Of a stretch of DNA of 64,000 nt, positions 33,836-47,441 are shown piece after piece. Origin of the DNA: Scyliorhinus canicula (Eukaryota). The notes under the pieces were generated by a model that searched no databases, was not told the origin of the DNA, and saw nothing but the letters and a program-made list of their open reading frames with translations. The DNA lies in NCBI RefSeq assembly GCF_902713615.1, contig NC_052161.1, forward strand, positions 51,092,528 through 51,156,527, in the 5' to 3' direction. How positions within the stretch are numbered: the first letter of the stretch is position 1; every line of letters starts with the position of its first letter. The translations under genes and the position numbers were made by a program.

Positions 33836-34238
33836 AATTAATTCAAGGGATGTGCATGTTGCTAACTGGGCCACCATTTATTGTCTCATCCTTAGTTGCC
33901 CTTGAGAAGGTGATGGTAGTGAGCTGCCATCTTAAACTACTGAAGTCCATCTGGTGTAGGTAAACCCACAGTGCTATTAGGGAGGGAGTTCCAGGATTTT
34001 AACCCAGCGACTGTGAGGGACCAGCAATATATTTCCAATATATTTGGGATGCTGAGCAGATCGGCATATATCTGCTGCCTTTGTCCTTCTAGATGGTAGT
34101 GGGCGTGAGTTTGGAAGGTATTGTCTAAAGAGCCTTGGTGAGTTCCTACAATGCATTGTTAGGGAGTTCCAGGATTTTAACCCAGCGACAGTGAGGGAAC
34201 AATAGTATATTTCCAAGTTGGGACGCTGAGTAGATCGG
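33836..34238 (-). mobile_element. Second-family CR1-like LINE 3' end with an internal duplication of about 80 bp
   Basis: GGGAGTTCCAGGATTTTAACCCAGCGAC..ATATTTCCAA..GCTGAG.AGATCGG occurs at about 33983 and 34162. Confidence 0.8.
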
Positions 34239-34568
34239 ATGGTGGAGGCAGTGAATTTTTGTGGACAGGGTACCTCGCAAAGCTCATGGGAATCCATAGT
34301 AACTGACTGGGTAGTGCAAAATGGGATGGGTGCTGATCTTCCATTTGCTTTGTTCTCTCATTCTGCTACTTATCGTTTTAATAGACTTATAGAAATTAAA
34401 GTAACAGCAATGGTGAGGAGCTAAAGTTGCGTTGTGGGGAAAGGTATTTTTTACTGTGTCCTGCAAATGCAGAAAGCTTACCTAAATTTAGACCGGAAAC
34501 AACAAAGCACTGAGCCAACTTTTATGCTTATGTAATCATGTTTATGTAATCATTTTGTATTTTCACAG

Positions 34569-34646
34569 ATTTGTAACAATTACCTTATTAAACGAGGAAT
34601 TTGCAGCAGGGAGATTTTGATCTTGCTGAGGAATTCTGTTATACAG
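34569..34646 (+). CDS. KNDC1: KNDC1 coding exon (KIND2 end): ICNNYLIKRGICSREILILLRNSVIQ
   Basis: cag|...CAG|gtagtt, phase 0/0; human VCGSYLLQRGMDSRKILAHLRASICQ. Confidence 0.93.
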
Positions 34647-36971
34647 GTAGTTCTATTAACTTATTGTTCATAAAATAATTCTATTGAGAGTTCCTTTCAT
34701 TCTTTGTTCCCTAAATCAGAGTTTTAATTTCTGGTGCACCACTGCCAGAGTTGCAATAGTGTTATTCCCATTAGAAAAACCACAAGAGCTTTATGGACAG
34801 AGGTATGTAATGTGACATTTGAAACATCAAAACATGTTATTGTTTATTTTACTCCCCTTCTTCTCAACAGAGCACATTTATAGATCATTAATTTTGAGGT
34901 ATCATTTGGTTCTATGCAGTCATCATCAGTTGCTGTTCAATACTTCTTCATTCAGTTTCTCCCAACTCACTTGGGGTCACCAGAATGCTGGTAGGTCATC
35001 CTTCTCCATGTTGTATTGCCAGTCACCATCATGTGCACGATGGTCTTACCTAAACGGATTGACTGATATTGATACAGTGATGATCACAATCAGCATATAT
35101 TTTGCTCTGAACGTCTGCTTAGTAGAATTAATTTCTAGTCATGCTATTGCATTGAGGAGTGGCACTTGCACCAGAGTGTTGCTCAAGAATTATTGGGACC
35201 AGGAAGCTTGATTTTCTGCTCATGGACTTTATTAGATGAGTATTCAGGGAGTTAGCAACCCCCATTTTCACAATTATTATTCTCTGTCAGCACCCATCCT
35301 CGCTGGGAGCATCCAAATGAGGACTGGCTGGTGTGGGTTGAATGGCTGTTGCGAATAAAGTGCAGTGTGAGTGCAGACTTCGCTTAGAGCTCTGTTTCCC
35401 GTCTTGACAATCCTGAATTACTAAGTGCAAAATTACAGAAATGAAATAATGGTTGAATCATATGCAAAATAATTTCCATTACAATTGCCACATCTTGTGC
35501 TTCATTGGTGCCACCTAGTAAGTGGATGAATAAATAGAGTGAGAATGAAGATGATGCTGAAAACGGTACAGTCCTCAGCTTGATAGAAGCTCGCAAATTC
35601 GCTATTCCACATTTCCCATGCACATTTCTATGCCAAGTAGGCCAAGCGCTGTTTCTTTAAAGGAACTGAAGAGCTTCTTCCCACACAAGTCATATGCACC
35701 ATCTGCCCTTTAAAGAAAGAAGCATATGTAGAAATTCACGTTATTGGGAGGCGATGCAGGCTTAAATCAGAGCCATTGTGCAGGCAACAGTTGTAATGAT
35801 TACATTACTATGCATCATGCACCTAAATTGTTAAAGAGTGCAGTTCCCAGCAAGGTGATGACAAAATTGTAGATGTTTCAAAGTACCTGGAGGTTAAGTG
35901 TAATTGTATGGTAAATATTAGCACGGGTGACACGGTGGAATATTCCGCTCCTGCTGCAGTAGGTATCGTCACGGATGGGTTGGAAAGATTTGGAGAGCAA
36001 CCAACAGAATTTTAGATTTTGTTGCTTAATTATACAAAACTTTTCAGCCTTTTTTCTTAATTTGGGGCAAATCACAATTGGATTCTACGGCTACAGAGTT
36101 CAGCTTCTATAGCACCAGTGGAACCATCGCCACAGAATGTCGGGAGCAAAACTTCTGTGCTGTGCATGGCACCAAGTTCTGGGAAGGACAGAATAACAGG
36201 CCGACACATGTAACAGAAGCTTTTGCAATGAATGGGTTGTGACCTCTCAGGCTGATTTGATGTATATTCTGCAAACTTTGACTGCTCAAAGAAATCCATT
36301 ATGAATATTAAAACGTGAACAGATTATGTTGCTGGAGGGGGCTGGGGGGGCGAGGAATGATTCTGAGATCTCTCCAATGCAAATCCTGTTATGGCCCTCT
36401 CGCAAGAGTTTCCGGCTATGACGGGATCTGCCGGCACCTAATAGAAGCGGAAAATTTCCCCCTCCGTTCTGTTTATTTATTTGTGGCTGCTGAAAGAAAG
36501 ATTTTTGTGTGCTGAATCTTCCAGGACGTCAGATGTTCCCACCCGCTAGCATGGCGTGATGCCAGTGGGAATCATTACTGGTTTCCAAAATCGGCGACCA
36601 GATGTGATGGCCACAGACGGGCACACAGAGGCCAGTGAAGCCCCCGGGTGGTCAAGGACATGGCACCCTGCCACACTCGCAGTGCCAACCTGCCAGTGCC
36701 AAGGGCAGGGCCTGAAGGGGGCAGGGTCTGCAGGGGACTTCATAGCGGGGGTTCTCTTCACGTGGGGGCTTGGGGGGGGGAAGCGATGGGGATGGAGCTG
36801 ATGCCCCAGAAATTGGGGGGCGGGGGGGGGGGGGTCGGTGAGGGATATGGGGGGGCAGGGAGATGCCCTGAAGACCCGATGCTGGCAATTGGGGAAGGGG
36901 GAGGGGGAGGCAATGCCGGAGATCTTGAGGGAGTGGTGTCTTCAACCACGAATTGGGATCGGGGTGTCCTT

Positions 36972-37362
36972 TAACCCCCCCCCCCCCCCCCCAATACTGC
37001 TGACAGTTTAATTTTTCCCAAAGAAGTCGATAAACGGGTGCCACCTCCAAGCAAACCCCAGCATCGATCCCCTCAGGGCGAACTCAATCTTCTCGAGCCG
37101 GAGAAACCCAGCCATGTCACTAACCCACACCCCGACTTCGGGGAGTCCGAGTCCCTCCATGCCAATAAAATCCGTCTCCGGGCTACCAGGGAGGCAAAGG
37201 CCAAGACTTCAGCATCTCCACCCCGCTCCCCCCGCCCCTCCCCTCCCCTGCTGAATTCCCGGGCCTTCTGACACACCAAAAATCGCCACCTCTGGAGTCG
37301 GAACCACTCTTACCTTCAGCACCTCTGACATGACGTCAGCAAACCCCTGCCAGAATCCCCTA
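36972..37362 (-). mobile_element. L1/Tx1-clade 3' fragment inside an older GC-rich MITE-like element (about 36310-37480)
   Basis: LAFASLVARRRILLAWRD motif shared with the ORFs at 29822 and 62851. Confidence 0.8.
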
Positions 37363-38410
37363 AAACTCCCTTCTAAAGAAAATGGCAACGTTTGGGAAGT
37401 TTGCGACAGAAAAACTGCCTGTTGCCCGTTTTCTCAGAACCTCACACTTTGCCATTTTTGGGGAGGACACATCCACCCAGAGTATCTTCAGACTTGGTGA
37501 AATCTAGAAAAATGCCACGGAAGCAGGAACTTGGATGGACAGGAGTTTCCTGTTCAAATGCAAGGAAAACATAAATTACTGAGGAATTCTTTTCAAACTG
37601 CCCCAGGGCATTGTAGTGGTAATTATGACTTTCTGGAATATTGTGACTGAGTTCACTGAACCACGTGCTCTGATTGACTAATTTGGCACTGAATTTACAA
37701 TGGAAAAGCTGATTTTCTGAGGTCTATGTTTTTAGGATAATTCTGACTTGCGTGGTCACCAGATAATCATCGGACTGGGAAAGTTGCACAGAATGCCTGC
37801 GGCAGCAAGCAATGACCTATGAAAACTTTTGCTGCCTGAAAAACATTATGAACAGTGTATACATTGATTCCTGCAAGTGCCTTCACCTGCTCAGTCATTT
37901 GGCTTTTGGTTATTTTCTGATTCATAATGATTTAATGTGGAGGTTTTGTGATGCAGTGGTCCGGGTGGGGAGATGCATTGAGAATGTGGCCAAACAGGTT
38001 GAACACCCACTTGGAAATCCAGCACAGGCCAGGAGATTGTGTGATGTAAAGAAATTGGAACCTCTCACGTCGGTGTTGTTCATCGCTCCAGGCCACAACA
38101 TGCATGTAACAGCATATGTTGTGACAGTAACTCAGATCCCTTCGCAGCTAGAATTCTCAATTGGCTGGATGGTCAGCTTGGATCAGATTGGTGCCAACCG
38201 CATGGAGATTTGGTCCAACCCATGGAGGTTGTGACACTGTGGGCCTGACCTGCTTTCGGGCTCAGGACTGAGGAATAACGACGTAATAGCCTCCAAGCCA
38301 CCCAAATATGCCAGGGACAAACATGCATTCCATCCATCCAGTATCACTACAACCACAATGGATGGGAAATTTGTTGTAAAATTTACTCACACCATTTGTC
38401 TCTATTTATA

Positions 38411-38760
38411 ACATAGAACATAGAACGGTACAGCACAGAACAGGCCCTTCGGCCCTCAATGTTGTGCCGAGCCATGATCACCCTACTCAACCCACGCATC
38501 CACCCTATACCCGTAACCCAACAACCCCCCCCCCCCCAACCTTACTTTTATTAGGACACTACGGGAAATTTAGCATGGCCAATCCACCTAACCCGCACAT
38601 CTTTGGTCTGTGGGAGGAAACCGGAGCACCCGGAGGAAACCCACGCACACAGGGGGAGGACGTGCAGACTCCACACAGACAGTGACCCAGCCGGGAATCG
38701 AACCTGGGACCCTGGAGCTGTGAAGCATTTATGCTAACCACCATGCTACCCTGCTGCCCC
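38411..38760 (-). mobile_element. V-SINE (HE1-like), CR1-tailed
   Basis: Full V core; (GTTCTAT)n tail. Confidence 0.92.
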
Positions 38761-38866
38761 AACAATAACATTTGGGTAAACTGATTATACTGTAAATTTT
38801 AGCAAAAAAATGCAAGAGCTGGCAGGTGAAATTGGAAGCTGGAGCGAAATAAATTTTTGCTCGTTT

Positions 38867-39190
38867 CATAGAACATAGAACATACAGAAGGAGGCCATTC
38901 GGCCCATCGAGTCTGCACCGACCCACTTAAGCCCTCACGTCCACCCTATCCCCGTAACCCAATAACCCTTCCTAACCTTTTTGGTCACTAAGGACAGTTT
39001 ATCATGGCCAATCCACCTAACTCCCACATCCTTGGACTGTGGGAGGAGACCAGAGCATCTGAAGGAAACCCACGCAGACACGTGGAGAACGTGCAGACTC
39101 CGCACAGACAGTGAACCAGTGGGGAATCGAACCGAGGACCCTGGCGCTGTGAAGCCACAGTGCTAATCACTTGTGCTACCGTGCTTCCCT
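38867..39190 (-). mobile_element. V-SINE (HE1-like), CR1-tailed
   Basis: Full V core; (GTTCTAT)n tail; close to 55792-56107. Confidence 0.92.
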
Positions 39191-40359
39191 GAAGACATAC
39201 CAATTTCCCAGCATGCCTAGAACAAAAAGAATCTGAACAAACTCTTCAATATAGCAACAAGGCAGAATCGATGATTGCATTGAAAAATGTTGTAAGGAAC
39301 ATTTTACAAAAGGGTGCAGTACAAATGTATTCCTCCTGATGGTGCTGACGGATTTTAGAATAGTTTTGTATGTCCTCACAATACTGGCACAAAATTCAGA
39401 TGTATAGAGACTTCTGTGGCTGTTGTGAGTGGCCTTTCGAGTTACAAAGTGGCGTCCGGGGCAGGTTGCACTTGATGAGGGCATTAGTGCGTGCACAATT
39501 AATGTCCAGTGGATATAGGCGTTAACAAGCCCAAAGGTTCTCATTGCTTATCAGACCATCTTATATAATGCATCACCTGCTTGTCCACCAGGCTTCTCCT
39601 TAAGTTCTCCACGTTCTTGGTTGAAAAATGGTGCTGATGTGTATGGATTCCGGGATACAATCTCCCCCACTCAAAGATTGGAATATTTTGCACCGTTTTT
39701 AATTGATTATAGAAATGACTAATAATTGAAATACAATTTTTAATGGATTGTAGGTGGACAAGGTGCACAGCCTCTCTGCCATGATCCTAGCCCTGGAGCC
39801 ATTTTCAATAAGTAACAGCTCAGGTTGGACTGGCTGCCTGCCAGGAAGTGGCAGGCAGCCAATTATTTTTAATTACAGGGTTCTGTTCCCACGTTGACTG
39901 GAATTTCCAGTTGGCAATGCGGGTGACAAAATGTGATGGCCTTGGGTGGGTGATGGCACAATCAATCATAGGAGGGACTCATCTCACCCCAAACCTATAA
40001 CTGCTGCCAGGCTACAGCTGCCCCCGAGAGGGGTTGCCCCTCCAAGATAATGGCCGATCCATTATATCTTTTCTCTCCATGCTCACCTCCACAACTCCCA
40101 CCTCAGTCGGTGAGGTTGCCGATCACTTAGTGCTAGTGGGTCCTCCAGCATCGGGAAGCTGTCTGCTGTCCCTGATTGGATGTGACCTGCCATTAATTGA
40201 CATTAGAAACCTGTCTGGTCATCTCTGGAACACAACAGGTCGGATGTATCAAACAGTCCTGAACCGGCAGGCAGATTTCTGACCCAGCATTGAAAACCAG
40301 ACTGTAATGCCAACAAAAACAGTCCCAGTTTGCATTTATCTCATGCCTTTAAAGTAGGA

Positions 40360-40876
40360 ACTGGTGAGGCCAACATTTATTGTCCATCTCTAGTTGCTCT
40401 TCAGAAAATGGTGGTGAGTTGTCTTCTTGAATCGCTGAAGTCCTTGAGGTGTAGGTACATCCACTGTACTGTTAGGCAGGGACTCCAGGATGTTGCCCCA
40501 GTGACAGTGAAGGAGCGCTGATATATTTCCAAGTCAGGGTGGTGCGTGAATTGAAGGGGAACCTCCAGGTGTGGCATTCCCAGACATCTGCTGCTCTTGT
40601 TTTTCTAAATGGTTGTGGTCGTGGGTTTGGAAGGTGCTGTCTAAGGAACTTTGGTGAGTTACTGCAGCGCACCTTATAGTTGGTATTTGCAGCTGACTAT
40701 TCACCGGTGGTGGAGGGTTTGAATGTTTGTGGAAGGGGAAACAATCAAGCGGGCTGCTTTGTCCTGGATGGTGTCGAGCTTCTTGAGTGTTGGAGCTGCA
40801 CTCAGCCGGGCAAGTGGAGAGTATTCCATTACATTCTTGACTTGTGCCTTGCGGATGGTGGACAGGCTTTGGGGCG

Positions 40877-40928
<52 letters not shown>

Positions 40929-41500
40929 CAGAAGGTGAGTTACTTACCTTAGGAATCTTAGCCTTTGACCTGCCCTGGTAGCCATAATATTATAATATTA
41001 ATGTGGCTAGTCCAGTTCAGTTTCTCATCAATAGTAACCCCCAGGATGTTGATTGTGGGGGTTTCAGTGATGGTAATTTTATTGAATGTCAAGGGGCGGT
41101 GGTTAGATCCTCTCTTGTAGGAGATGGTCATTGCCTGGCACTTCTGTGTCACAAATGTAACTTGCCACTTGTCAGCCCAAGCCTGGGTATTGTCCAGGTC
41201 TTGCTGCATTTGGACATGGACTGCTTCATTATCTGAGGAGTTGCAATTGGTGCTGAACATTGTGCAGTCATCCGCAAACATCCCTACGTCTGACCTTAAG
41301 ATGGAATTGAAGTAATTGATGAAGCAACTGAAGATGCTTGGGCCTAGGACATTACCCTGAGGAACTCCTGCAATGATGTCTTGGAGTTGACATGATTGAG
41401 CTCCAACCCCCACATCCGTCTTCATTTGTGTATGACTCCAACCAGCAGAGAGTTTTCCCCTGATTTCCATTGACTCCAGTTTAGCTAGGGCTCCTTATAA
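40360..41500 (-). mobile_element. Second-family CR1-like LINE, RT plus 3' region, containing a 48-nt G run
   Basis: GVPQGNVLGP..FADD..LDNTQAWADKWQVTF (ORF 40958-41470). Confidence 0.88.
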
Positions 41501-42149
41501 CCAACAACTTGGTGACTAAATACCTTTAACATAGTAAAACTTCCCATGGTACTTCACAGGAGATAATCTGCCAAAATTAACAAAGAAGGTGATACTTGAA
41601 CAGGTTCAATGTGAGTCTGATTTGTTGCGGGACACAGTAACATGAGGTCTAATTGTCACCAATTCATCAATTTGTACAGGGCTAATTCAACCCCATTGAG
41701 TCTACAGCACAGAAATAAACCTTTCACTTGAAATGGGTTTATACTGATGTTCTGCTTCTCACACTCCTTCCATCACTTTTCAACGAACCCTACCAACACA
41801 TCCTTCAATTCCTTTCCCTCTCCAGTACTTATCATGCCTCCTTTTAAATGTATCTATGCTATTTGTCCTAACTACTCCCTGTGATAGCGGCCGGAATACT
41901 CCAGCTGTTGGGATTCTTTTTTCCCGCTGGCAGCCCACCCCGGCCCGGTTTCCCAGCAGCATTGGGTGGCATCAATGGGAAATCTCATTGCCAAGCGTGG
42001 GAAGAGAGAATCCCGCCGGCTGCAAACGCTCAGCAACAAGGAACATGTAGCTGGGGGACCAGAGAATCCCACTCATCGTGTTCCACATTCCTCTTTCGTT
42101 GAAGAAACTTTTGCTGAATTCCACAGAGGATTTTGAAAATCTTACATTT

Positions 42150-42780
42150 ATGAAGAAGGTCGATGGTGTGTTGGTCTTTATTGGTAGAGGGATTGAGTTC
42201 CGGAGCCATGAGGTCATGTTGCAGCTGTACAAAACTCTGGTACGGCCGCATTTGGAGTATTGCGTACAGTTCTGGTCGCCTCATTATAGGAAGGACGTGG
42301 AAGCTTTGGAACGGGTGCAGAGGAGATTTACCAGGATGTTGCCTGGTATGGAGGGAAAATCTTATGAGGAAAGGCTGATGGACTTGAGGTTGTTTTCGTT
42401 AGAGAGAAGAAGGTTAAGAGGTGACTTAATAGAGGCATACAAAATGATCAGAGGGTTAGATAGGGTGGACAGTGACAGCCTTCTCCCGCGGATGGAGGTG
42501 GCTAGCACGAGGGGACATAGCCATAAATTGAGGGGTAATAGATATAGGACAGAGGTCAGAGGTAGGTTTTTTACGCAAAGAGTGGTGAGGCCGTGGAATG
42601 CCCTACCTGCAACAGTAGTGAACTCGCCAACATTGAGGGCATTTAAAAGTTTATTGGATAAGCATATGGATGATAATGGCATAGTGTAGGTTAGATGGCC
42701 TTTAGTTTTTGACTTCCCATGTCGGTGCAACATCGTGGGCCGAAGGGCCTGTACTGTGCTGTATCGTTCTATGTTCTATG
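42150..42780 (+). mobile_element. CR1 3' fragment with open ORF2 C-terminus
   Basis: ORF 42078-42689; GGGCCGAAGGGCCTGTACTGTGCTGTA..(TTCTATG)n tail; same subfamily as 61195-62503. Confidence 0.95.
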
Positions 42781-43490
42781 CCTTCTGGCTTTGGATCCTG
42801 CACCACAAATGGAAATATTAGAGGTCATTTTAATCACCCCTCCAAAAGAAAATGGCTCTAGTGAGATATAACAATTTTGAAAATCTCAAACACAATCCCA
42901 AGGCCTCTCTGCTCCCAGCTTGTGGGTTTAATGGGGGCCGGATGTGAGGCGGTGGTGCGGTGGCCTATTAAACAGGTCTCAGAAAAGATTTCAATGTTAT
43001 AATGAAGCTGCGTGCTTCAGATTTAATCTCTTTCCTGGGTTTCACCTCGGAGAGTAGGGTCTCTCAGGAAATGTGGCATGTGAAGGGGGCAAGCACTGCT
43101 TCATGAATTAGTGGTGTTTTTACAGCATTGATCAGATGGCTCCTTGTCAATCAGTGTAGGCAAATGTGCCAAAATGCCTCCTCCATACATGTCGACGATT
43201 TTTTAAAAACCGGCTATCAATGGAGGATTTAATGGTGCACTTTTCTATTATTAGTCCACATATTCCATTTCCTGCCTCCATATTTGTTTCGCTTTCCAAT
43301 AGCCATTGCTTTGCGCTTCTTTTGCCTCACACAGCCGTTTAAGGGACTGGCAATAATCTTACTCTGTTTACGAGACTTTGGAAAGGTTAGCGACAGTTGT
43401 TTTACCCACAAATGGCCACCAAACTCTAAGGGTCTGCTACCTCTAAATCTGGCTTCTCAGCTTTAAGGACGAATGACAACAGTATTTTCA

Positions 43491-43790
43491 AACATAAGAA
43501 ATAGGAGCATTTGGTCAATTGAGCGTGCTCTGCTATTCAACCAGGTTATGAATGATTTACCTCACTTCCACCTTCCTGCTGCATTCCCAGTATTCCTCAA
43601 TTGCCTTTGTATCCTAAAATCTATCCACCTCTGTCTTGAATATACTCAAAGTCTGAAAATCAACAGCCAGAGTGTGGTCAGGAATTTGAGTGAAAAGGTT
43701 TCTCCTCATCCCACTATCAAATGACCAATCCCTTATTCTGACACTATGACCCCCTCCCCGCCATGTTCTAGATTCAGGGAAGTATCTCCC
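43491..43790 (-). mobile_element. Decayed CR1 3' end
   Basis: AACATAAGAAATAGGAGCA tail and downstream similarity to 6312-6650. Confidence 0.7.
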
Positions 43791-43883
43791 ACCCTGCTGC
43801 GTTTCCAGCTCCAGTCCCAATCCAGGTGAGGAAATTGTTATGAATTAATCACATTGGGCAGGACTGTCCATTTGGGAGACTGC

Positions 43884-45546
43884 GGTCGGGATTCTTGGTC
43901 CAGAGACGCCAGAATCGCAAAACGTGATCAGGCAGAGAATTGCGCGTCGGCCAAAAGTCGAGGCAGGCACCGGATGCCCAATGGAATACCATGGTTCAGT
44001 GCCAGAAGGAGCTGGTTTAGCACAGTGGCTAAACAGCTGGCTTGTAATGCAGAACAATGCCAGCAGCGCGGGTTAAATTCTCGTACAGGCCTCCCCGAAC
44101 AGGCGCTGGAATGTGGCGACTAGTAGTTTTTCACAGTAACTTAATTGAAGCCTACTTGTGACAATAAGTGATTATTATTATTATTGACAACAGTATGAAT
44201 GTGTTCCACGCCAGCGTGGGCATGCAAATTGTGCAGTAAAGGCCGTTGGCATATCTTTAACTAGCGTGATCCGGCATTCTCACGATGCTCCACCTCTGCC
44301 AAGCAGAATTACCGATGGCGAGGTTCACTTGTGGCTATGAAAATTGGGAACCGGGTGCCGTGGTTGCTGAGGGAGAGGGGGATGTAAGAACAGTGTCCAG
44401 CATCACCATAGTGTGCTGACAATTGTGCCCTTGGCCAGAGGATATCTACCAGGGCCATGGGAGTAGCAGGGGGCGGCCTGGAGATAGGCTGTGGGGTCAC
44501 GGTGGCTAGGCATGAACACCATTGCTGCAGACTGAAAGGTAAGTATGTGACTATCCAAGCCACTGACTGCCCACTGTGAACTGGTCATATGGGTGCCTCC
44601 CCAGGCCATTCCCGCTAGGTACCCACTGGCCCCAAATGACCCATAGACCGGGTGGGAATCCAGCACAACCAGTGCCATCCTCTTGGCTGGAATGAAGGTG
44701 TGTGGGCAGGGGAGTGCCTATATGCAGCCCTTGATTATCAGGCTCTACAGTGCTGAACCCGACTCCATTATATCACATGCCGCCATGCATTGGAATTGCA
44801 CTAGTTCCACGTGGCACTGGTGCTAGCCCAGTAACGTGTACTGAATTGCACCAGGGCTGGTGCCGCTTTCGGGGCCATCGGAGGCCCCCCTCCCCACCCG
44901 GTAAAGGAGCCCCCCTCATCCACTCCCCCAGGGCCGCCCCCCGACCATTCACGCAGAGTTCCCGCTGACAGCAACCATGGGTGAACGGCGCCGGCGGGAC
45001 TCACGCATCCGTGCAGCCGCTCGACCCATCCGGGCCGGAGAATCGGCGACCCCGCCGATTCCAGTGGCCCGCAACCAGCGCCGCGCCAACTGTGCCAGCG
45101 CAAATGGCGCTGATTCTCCACAGCGCCAGCTGTGCCGGCGGCAGGGTGTCGTGGCGCGGTTGCCGCGATTCTCCGGCCCGGCGTGGGCTCGGAGAATCGC
45201 CCACTTAGTCTCTCAAATGGAGAATTCGCCCTATGTTCTCCCACGTGCTGAATTGCTCCTGATTTGCATTCCTGCTGGGAGCACAAATCAGGAAACGGTT
45301 CGCAATCATTAGCCATGAAAATTTTTGCATGGCGAGACATTTCCTCGGCAGCCCGATAACGAAGTCCCATGGCTTGACCCCCTCCCCACCATAATGTTAT
45401 TCAGTACACATCCCGCAGCACAATTCAGCCCCAACCCCGGGATTATCAGTGTCACTCCCCTCCACTTACCACCCCCATCCCACCAGTACAGAGGTGACGA
45501 GAGGACCAGAGAATCACGAGGGCCTGGAGAATATGGTGCCCGGCCC
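43884..45546. mobile_element. Cluster of nested, older GC-rich MITE-like elements
   Basis: Several GGGATTCT / GGAGAAT(C)GCCC end-like motifs and GATTCTCC repeats; a SINE is inserted at 44008; boundaries approximate. Confidence 0.55.
44008..44185 (+). mobile_element. Short tRNA-derived SINE, (TTA)n-tailed subfamily
   Basis: Homologous to 10478-10655. Confidence 0.87.
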
Positions 45547-46429
45547 GGTAATAGGATGTAAATGGGTCTTAATGGCCCATTGGTTAACAAATACACACAG
45601 CTTTTTAGATTAACACAGATGACAACGTATATTTGAAGTTACAATGGTCGAATAAAATCCCAAAGTCACTTTGACGTACAGATGATGACTGTGGTCAAAT
45701 GCACACTCCTCTTTGATCTCAAGTTAGTGTCTGTGGATTTCTCCTCAGAATCGCCCCAAGATGATTGTCACATAAGAGTTTCTAAACTCTACATCCAAAA
45801 ACACGCTTTAAAATCTTCTCTCATAATCATGATTTCCATTCGTGGTTTTCATTCTGAAATCCAGTCCACGTTTTTCTAAAGACTTGTGAACAGAACATCT
45901 GCTCCACTTTTACCAGTGAATCCACTCCAGGATTGTATTCCGACCCTTTAGAATTTCTTTGTCTTGACTGACTTCCACTGTGAACACAAACTCTACTTTC
46001 CAGCCAATGCTGCCTTCCCAATTACTTTAAAATTTGTATCACAGACTATAGTAAGATATTCCAAACTCTAGGATTACTTTGGAACCTTTAGGAATAAATT
46101 AGAAACCTTTAGAAACGTATATTGTCACCAGCCGATTCCTTCTCAGTTGTGTATGAGCTGCTTACAGGTTTCTAGAACCAACCATCCTTTAGTTCCCCTC
46201 GGCTTGCTTTCTTGTATATTACTCCATTTTACAACTTTTCCTGCTTCGAGCAGAGCTTTTAAGAGCTGCCTTCTCACCCTCTCCCTGTCTCCAACTTCTG
46301 TTAGCAGAGTTGTGGGAGATGTTCCCTCTCCGGTGGTTTATCTGCACTAACTGCCCTGACCCAGTTAAAACTAAAGAACAAAGAAAAGAAAAGGGCCTCC
46401 AGTTGCCAAGTAATTATATTTACCCTTCG

Positions 46430-46662
46430 AGGGCAGCACGGTGGCCTAGTGGTTAGCACAGCTGCCTCACGGCATTGAGGTCCCAGGTTCGATCCCGGCT
46501 CTGGGTCACTGTCCTTTGGAGTTTGCACATTCTCCCCGTGTCTGCGTGGGTTTCGCCCCCACAATCCAAAAAATGTGCAAAGTAGGTGGATTGGCCACAC
46601 TAAATTGCCCCCTTAATTGGAAAAAAAAATTGGTTAATCTAAATTTAAAAAATAAAATAAAA
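46430..46662 (+). mobile_element. V-SINE, short poly(A)-tailed variant
   Basis: 14-bp TSD ATATTTACCCTTCG. Confidence 0.92.
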
Positions 46663-47067
46663 ATATTTACCCTTCGTGCCGTTGGAACTTATCACATTTG
46701 GAATTTAACCAACCCCCCCCCCCCAACACACACACACACATCTACAAACACCTTTAACGAGCATGAATTGAACTAAAGTTCCCTTCCAGGCACAGAAACA
46801 TTAAATTAAACCCACCTAAAACTACACTTTATTTCTAATGTTTACATGTACAAATATAAAACCCTTAAAACTACCTTTGTTTTCCGAATAACAGTAAAAA
46901 TTATTTATTCACATTCATCTTTGGCGTCGATTCAGTATTAATACTTTTGTTGTCTGGTTTGTACATAAGAGTCTGTATTTAATTAATTTGCAAATTTAGT
47001 GTCCACAGATGAAATAACGTTGATTATTTATTTCCCCCCCCCCCCCCCCCCCCCCCCCCTTTATTAG

Positions 47068-47182
47068 AACTACCAAAAGCAGGGAATGGATGTAATTCGA
47101 CTGAATTGCAAAACAGAGGTACTGGAATTCGCTCATTCTCCACTGGGAAATACAGATTTTGCTCAGGAATCATCTGGAACAG
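47068..47182 (+). CDS. KNDC1: KNDC1 coding exon: NYQKQGMDVIRLNCKTEVLEFAHSPLGNTDFAQESSGT
   Basis: C26-TTTATTAG|...G|gtactg; phase 0/1 is what is needed to join the flanking exons; weak match to human VYQEEETISL.. Confidence 0.8.
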
Positions 47183-47275
47183 GTACTGATCATGATTTGA
47201 ACAGCACACATTTTCATATCAAATGGCAAAAGCATGATCATTGAATGTTCTTTCTTTTTCATTCATTATTTATAG

Positions 47276-47441
47276 GATTTGTACCTCTTGCTAGTGACAG
47301 TAAACTGACAGCTGTAAAGGGCCCAATTCCTTGTCAGTACTCTGTAAACAGCAAGTCCCCTTCCAAACTTCCAGAGGCCTTCACTTCCCCAGCCACCCAT
47401 TTCAAACCTATAATACTCACACAGCACAAAGAGAAAACAAG
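47276..47441 (+). CDS. KNDC1: KNDC1 coding exon: (G)FVPLASDSKLTAVKGPIPCQYSVNSKSPSKLPEAFTSPATHFKPIILTQHKEKT
   Basis: tag|...AG|gtaatg, phase 1/2; human GFLPVNSDTGLVAVPGPVP..LPAAFTSEATHFKPIVLAQ. Confidence 0.95.

Noticed and set aside
35538-35565. Candidate for the missing phase 0/1 exon (SENEDDAEN), also one near 45882
   Set aside because: No pyrimidine tract, or an in-frame stop before a usable donor; 47068-47182 fits much better
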